From Camelus dromedarius (taxonomy: Eukaryota): a stretch of 64,000 nucleotides of DNA. How positions within the stretch are numbered: position 1 is the stretch's first letter; each line of letters opens with the position of its first letter. Where the stretch lies: NCBI RefSeq assembly GCF_036321535.1, contig NC_087436.1, positions 51,400,001 to 51,464,000 on the forward strand, written 5' to 3'. Of this stretch, positions 57,491 to 64,000 are shown piece after piece. Both the position numbers and the translations under genes were made by a program. The notes beneath the pieces are model-generated. The model saw nothing but the letters and a program-made list of their open reading frames with translations. It did no database searches and was not told where the DNA came from.

Positions 57491-58625
57491 ATTCAGCATT
57501 TTTTAAACTATAAATTTGACTTGAATTTTTCCCAATATGATGCTGCAATTAAGTACATTTGAAAAATTTCGTTTTTGAAAGAAGAGCAAGAATATTTCTG
57601 CACAGGACAATGTGTCCTCCCTTACTGGGGCACTCACCTGGGGGTTCTGTTCCAAAGGATGGCAGGATTCATTGGACAATTCCCAGCCTCAATCACTTTT
57701 TAACCTGTTTAGGTCTCGGCTTCCCTTTAAATCTGCAGAATCCCAGGAATTCACATAGTTTCTTCCTCTACTCTTCAAACATTTACCCACGGGGCACATT
57801 ATACATATCACCTTCCTGAAATTTAATACTCATTGCCTCTCTTGTGTGGCTTACATATTTTAGAGTTATCACTGGAAGAAACTAGAAACAGCATAATAAT
57901 GGAAATTCTCCACCAGTGGGTCCAGTCAGTCACATCCTTCATCACCTTCCTTCATCAGTCAGCTCATCTAGAGGCAAGGAGCCCAGCAATTCCAGCAACG
58001 CTGGGAATAACACTTCTTAGGGTCTCACCTGTGCAGGCACACACACAGACACTTCACTTCCCTAAACTATATTTAGTCTATAGGTGGTCCTGCCCACAGT
58101 TACATTCGTAAGATGCTCTAGAGACAGTCGGATCCCAGGTAAGTCAAGGCTTCTCTCGTGTGGCCTATGCTTGATCTTCATTTTTCCCCAGCATTTTGCT
58201 TTGGTAAGCCACGTGTGCTTCTTGATAAAGAAATTCAGGCTCAGTTTCACACAGCATTCAGTGTTTGTGTACGGGATGCAGCCTGACAGACACACTCATA
58301 CTCGCTACATTTAACGTCTACATACCGATCTCGTGCATTTCTTGCCTCTATTAAGTAGGTAAGAAAACAGAAGCATGTTGTCTCTCCCTCAGACCAAGGG
58401 ACAGTCCTGTTCCCTGTTGTTCAAAATGTTCATTCAGAGTCTAGCACATAGTCACAGGCACAGTAAAATATTAGCTGCTGTTGAAAGTTTAGCACATGCC
58501 AGGAATTACACTAAGAGCTTTATAAGAAATGTCTCATTCAGTACCTCAATTTTACGTAGTAGCGTCCACTGATACTCTTATTTTACATTTCAGGAAACTG
58601 AGACTTAGAGAGACGGTTAGATTGA

Positions 58626-59321
58626 TTACATTCTGGTTCTAATTAATGGCCTCCCTGTATTCGTGTCTTTTGTCTTGCAATTGATAACTCTGTGGTCCCC
58701 TCCCACACTGACTCTACCCTTGTGACTTGGTTTGGCCACAGGCCAGTGGAAACTTGATGTGAGCAGAGATGTGCAAAAGAGCTCGCATGTCTCTGAATTC
58801 TGTCTCACGTCTCTGTGTTCATCAAGAGGACAACCCAGTTAGCCTGCGGGGAAGATACAAGGGACACATGCCTGTGAGATGACCACAGTCATCCTCGTTG
58901 CCTCTCTGCTGCTCCTTAGTCAGCTCCCCGCTAACCTGTCAGCTGACCACAATCTCAAGAGTGAGCCCAACCTCAGTGACAGGGCCAGGACTAGGGTGAG
59001 GCCCTTGCACTGAGTGCAGACTTTAAGGGGGCAAACAGAAGACTCAGAAATAAAAATAAATAATATGTTAATGCAATAGTTCAAAATTCTATGATGCCAA
59101 AATTCTATGATGAACAAAATATCAACACTTTAAATCAAAGCAGGCTCAATATTCCTGATTTTCCTTTTGCCTCAGGTGTCAATACAGCAAGGCACAGCAC
59201 TGTTTAGCAGAACCATCTAGCCACCCCAAAGAATTATGAAAAATAACAGGTGATTATTGCTTTCAGCTTTCAGCTAACATTTTGGTGGTTGTTTCTTACA
59301 CATCAATAACATATACTGATA
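58626..59321 (+). mobile_element. MLT1E/F/H-like solo LTR (split)
   Basis: 'gtgacttggtttggcca', 'cagctgaccaca...gagtgagcccaacc', resuming 'agcagaaccatctagcc...ttttggtggttgtttcttacacatcaataacatatactgata'. Confidence 0.75.
58980..59202. mobile_element. MER96B-like hAT MITE
   Basis: Starts 'cagggccaggactagggtgagg', ends 'gcacagcactg' (imperfect TIR CAGGGC / GCACTG); internal 'atgatgaacaaaatatcaa...ttccttttgcctcagg'. Confidence 0.75.
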
Positions 59322-59527
59322 GGGACTAATTTCAAGGTCATACAGATAACATTTGGGAAGCTCGTATTCAAATAAAAGCAACTTGACCACAAAGTCTGCT
59401 TGCTCACCCTTACATTAACCAGATACATATTTCACATATAGTTTTATATATACATGTATACACACATATAATATATATGCAGTATGTATGATTTCACAGA
59501 AAAAAAAATTGTGATCTTGAGAGATTT

Positions 59528-59770
59528 GACAGTGGTGAGTATTGTGGTTAATAGTAAGAATGTTGAAGTCAGATGGATCTGGGTTTGAATTCAAGTTTTC
59601 AATATACCAGCTATGTTATCTTGGAAAGTTACTTGTATCCCCATCCTGAAACTATGAATAGTAAATTTTATGCCATAATTTTTATCAGAATCATATGAGA
59701 ATTCCATATTATAAGGTTTAATGCAATTTAGAATCTTACATGTAGAAAGTGCTAAATAAATGTTATTTTG
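59528..59770 (+). mobile_element. MIR
   Basis: 'ctgggtttgaattc...gctatgttatcttggaaagttactt...aagtgctaaataaatgttatt'. Confidence 0.75.
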
Positions 59771-62700
59771 AACATATTAATAGCACAGACTTCCATTTCT
59801 CATATAAATTATATTCCTTACACCCTCTACTTTCAAGCCTAAACTGCTCTGAGGCTTATCCTAACAGAGAAAGCAAAGATGGGGACAGAACAAAGCTATC
59901 GTTTAGGTTTCATTTTCAAAGACATATTTTATTGAAACAGAAAAAAATTTTCTAAAATTCATTGGAACCTATTACTGTATCTGAGGCCAGGCCTGGTGGA
60001 CTGATCATGGAGCATTACATAACTAAAATCCCACTTAGACCTAAAGAGAAACAGGAAAGTCTGCTTTCCTAGACTTGGCGGCCTGCAGTGGGAAGGCAGC
60101 TGTAGGGTATAGCTCAGGTCAGACGTCAACTTCCTGGCTTCTCCTGGAGCCACGACCCCTCTTGGTGTTGGATGTAGCATCCTGGGTGGAGGAGCTCCAA
60201 AACACCAAGACGCCTAGGATGGCCCCAACCTTCTTTCTGGCGCCATGTGCACTGTGCCTTGGCAACAACGGTGCAGTGGTGGTGGGGAGGTTTCTTATGA
60301 GATGAGTCTGACGCAGCTTCACTTATTTAAAACAAGGCCATTTTAGACAGAAGGAACGGGTGAGGGGAAAATATGAAAAAGTTATCCAGCAGGCTGAGTT
60401 TCCTAGAATAACTGCTTTGATTACTGAACTGTACTAAATTTACTAGATCGTAATAAACCATTCCTCTCTTCACCCTTTGAGATGAGGGCAGTGTGAAAAA
60501 GAGGAAATCTAAGTCAGATGTTTTATCTATACATCTGAGTGTCAGCTGTGAAACTTTGCAACCTGTTACGTGATGACATAACCTTGGGAGGAAGGAAGTT
60601 CTCATTCACAGGGCGCTTCTGCCGAGGGTGGTGCACAGGCCAGGGAAGGCGTATGTGGGCGGGCACCAATGGCATCCAAGGTACAGGCTCGAGTAGTTTC
60701 ATGTGTCAATCTAGCGGCAGTCCCTTAAAGTACTACAATTTTAAGATTTTTGGCATCTTCTTCTTTGGTAGGGCTATGCCCACACTGCTCTTTTCCCTAC
60801 AAAATGCTGGTGACAGGGATGGTTAAAAAATGAGTGCACTTTTATTAAAGTAATAAGTAATACACATTCACTGCTTTAATGTATCAAACTGCAGTGTCCA
60901 ATTAATAACAAAATTACAATAGTAATGATTACTTCTAGTGTCTAGCATAGAACAAGCATATATTAATGTTTAAAAATGAATGAATCCTGAGAAGGAAAGA
61001 ACTGTGTCTTGGAAAAACAACTGACTGTGAAAAGTGTTTAAAATTAACTGTTTCAATAGAGTTTTTAAAAATATAAGCATCCTAGATTTGACACTTCTAG
61101 GTTTCAGTTACAATAAATATAATATAATTCAAAAATATTGTATCAGCCTCAAGAGATTTTCAATGACTCACAGAAAGGGAGGGAAAATAGTCTTCAAAAA
61201 TATTTTATATTACTGATTCTTTTATTGTAATGCAGGAAAATGAGAAGGAAACACAAGAAAATTTGGAATTCTTAAAGCAATATGTTATTTGGTGGGGGTA
61301 AAAGAAAAAAGATTTCTGAAACCAAAGTTCAGTGGAATTATTCAGAACAGTAGATGTAAAGCAGGATTATATTTTCTTTCCTGTGTATGCAAGGATTTAA
61401 TTTTATAATTTACATTTTCATGGTTTATGGGATGAATTGATGAATCATAAGGAACAAACATGCAAACACTAAATCTACAATGCACATGGAACAATAATGT
61501 AAAATATTGCCACCTGGAGCTTTCATGAATCAGACTTCAAGCATCTGTGTTGCTTTTTGAACCTGACAGACATCTTTAGTAAATTCAATTAAAGGTACCC
61601 TTCAGTTAAGTTTGCTATTTCCAGACTCTCATGGACACCCAAGGGTTCACACATTGATTGATCTCCTGTGAGGAGGGTGTCACTCCCGAATCCACTGAGA
61701 ACTAGAGCACATGATACCGATCAGCAGCATCTTCAACCACAAACCTCCATCTCACTGCCCCTGAAACCAGCTATTGTTTTTGGTAAATTTCACATCAGAA
61801 TACATCTACTTTGAATGAATGGGAAAACCCTAACGAATACTCAGAATTAACTAACTGTGATCTTAAGTGTATGACACATTTCACCAAGGGCACATACCTG
61901 TCAAACTGACAACCTATTCGAGGAATTCTCAGTCCTCAGCTGGAGTACGGTATTTCCTATCTGTCCTATGAAGGGCGCCAGTTTTTCTTTCATTTCCCTG
62001 GAAAGTCATTTGGAATGGAGAAAGTTAAAAGTCCCCTGTCCTTCTTCTTTTTTTTTTTTTTTAATTCTTTGAGTGTAAGAAGAGAATAAGTTCACCCACA
62101 CAAAAAAATTTAAATATGATAGTAAATCTCTAATACACTAAGAAGTCAATTTCTTTGGACAAACTGCCTGCAAAGCAGCATTCCTTATAAATGTTGAATG
62201 TTTCTTATTCTCAGCTTTATTCCAGTTGAGAAATTGATATTCAGAAACTTGGGTACCTATTAAAGTTAATGAAGAAAGAAAGGTTGACTAGGCAAGAGCA
62301 AGTAACAAATTTTAAAACAAGCCACTACGAGGTCTCCAGGCTGATTATCAGTCCATTCATTCACTCTGGAGAATGTTATTTGGAAAGTGAAGACTCTACC
62401 TGTTTCATTTTTCAGGCTTTGCTTCTCTTTGTCCAAGATGTAACCATGGGAAAAAATGCCCAACTTAGAAAATTTTGACTAAACTATTAAGCTTATCAAA
62501 AAAGAATGTTCATTATTTTGCATTCCTGATCTTACTGAGAATAATGACTTTATTAGTAAATGCCTTCTCTCCCCTCAATATTCATAAATCATATGGCTTT
62601 CCAAAATATCACTGGGAATTGACACTGTATTTGTTATTCCACAGTTGTGAGGCTATTTCTGGAAAATCAAGATATTTGCCAAACTTGGCACCTCTCTAAT

Positions 62701-63609
62701 TTCCATGTTTTCTCAAAGATTACCAAGAGTGATGTCTTTGTTTCAGTGACCCAGCATGTAATACAACTGAGCCTGCAAACTTGGATTCATTTAAACGACT
62801 GAGATGGTCTTTAATCCCTTCTAAATTTTCAAATCCTTCATGTTGCTTTGACTTTTCTAGTTCGAATGTGCTTCACATCAGGGGAGATGGAGACAAAACT
62901 CTCTGTATTTTGTCATCTGTTAGTATCAGAGCAACTACTCCAAGCAGAGTACCTGATCCTTCTTTATTCTTCCATGTCGAAACACAGGTAAAGAATTTCC
63001 TCCACTTGGCTTTTATTTCCTCAAATATAGATTTAATTAACATAACTTAACAAATCCCTCAGAGCATCTGTTAGGTGCCAAACACAAGGTGGTACATGCA
63101 TAGATGACTCACACCACTAATCGTTGTTCAGATTTGCCCCTACTGGCCTGGCCACCTTTCCTCTGATCTCAACATGGCCTCTTCAAATGTGAGTTCATTG
63201 GAGAACTTACTATAAAACTTCGTTTACTTCTTTATAAAATTTCCTCTCTATGTTTTCTTATTGTGATTGGAAGGTTAAAATTTCATTGGTTTGTGTTTAT
63301 TGGATTATGTTTATTATCTGCTTGTGATTATTGTTACTATTTAATAATCCCCAAATTAGGTTTGCTTATTACTGTTGTTAGTTCAAACTTCTGAGAGATG
63401 AATTCTGCAGAGTGAGGGACAGATGTCTCCTGTGTGACTCCTCAAGGAACAGAGTCCCATGCTATCTGGATAAACAGAGTCCCCTCTCACTAATATACCT
63501 TGTATTTTTGCCAGTTTTAAACAGTCATTAGGAGAGGGTATGCCACATTCTTCTGGCTCTCTTGTGCTTGCACAAATATGTTTCAATAGGCTGCTACTCT
63601 CAGCTTTCT

Positions 63610-63860
63610 CATTTTCATTCATTCATTCAACAAACACACAGTGAGCATCTCCTTTGTGTCAGGCACTTTTCTACACACTTGGATATAACAGTGAACACAA
63701 CAGAGCAGAATTTCTGTGCTTGTGGATTTTAGAGGATGACGGAGGGAAACAGTCAACATAAATTAAAAAAAAAGAAGTCTAGTATGTTAATAGGTAATGG
63801 GCATTGAGGAGAAAAAAAAAAAAAACAGAGCAGAGGAAGAGGGACCAGGAGTACAAGTGT
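63610..63860 (-). mobile_element. L2 3' end
   Basis: (TTCA)n, then 'caacaaaca...gagcatctcctttgtgtcaggcact...gatataacagtgaaca'. Confidence 0.85.
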
Positions 63861-64000
63861 CACAGAGAGGACAGTGCACATAATATTAAAATGCTCCATT
63901 CAGGTACTGCGTATTTATACACCTTCTCATTACCCGCCTTTCGTCCACTCCCATATTCCATTCATGCATCCTACCTGGTAAAATCTTTTTTCAGTGTTTT

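Larger units (their letters stand above)
58490..59410 (-). mobile_element. MIR split into 58490-58625 and 59322-59410
   Basis: Left part 'atgccaggaattacactaagagcttt...aggaaactgagacttagagagacggtta'; right part 'actaatttcaaggtcatacagat'. Confidence 0.7.

Noticed and set aside
57632..57735. Minus-strand 95-nt exon candidate with CAG|GTGAGT donor
   Set aside because: Weak pyrimidine tract and stops in all three frames.
60106..60118. 'gggtatagctcag', identical to the SINE/tRNA head
   Set aside because: Only 13 nt match, with no B box or tail downstream.
60703..60722. CTCF-like motif (minus strand CCGCTAGATTGACA)
   Set aside because: Mismatches fall in the conserved GGC core.

Overview
This is AT-rich, CpG-depleted eutherian genomic DNA, not a prokaryotic locus. 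One tRNA-derived SINE (13984-14133) and the 3' UTR of a younger L1 resemble camelid (alpaca/camel) repeats, and I saw no Alu, B1, Bov-tA/BovB, PRE-1 or Can-SINE. I found no recognisable protein-coding exon, tRNA or rRNA gene, or CRISPR array. The ORFs with real homology are broken LINE-1 ORF2 pieces (about 7.1, 26.9-28.8, 37.3-40.1 and 45.6 kb); the rest look like chance ORFs. The window is a patchwork of L1s of several ages, HAL1, L2, probable L3/CR1, many MIRs, MaLR solo LTRs and hAT MITEs, with several nested insertions. Most L1s and LTRs lie on +, which would fit a long intron of a minus-strand gene (inference). Points worth checking: a YADD instead of FADD RT motif in the younger L1, two minus-strand candidate exons (66 nt and a 6-nt microexon), a possible short orphan retrocopy inside a MIR, and a few CpG- and motif-rich unique patches that may be enhancers. 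I cannot support a new biological system here. Repeat subfamily names come from recalled consensus sequences, and boundaries are approximate unless TSDs are given.
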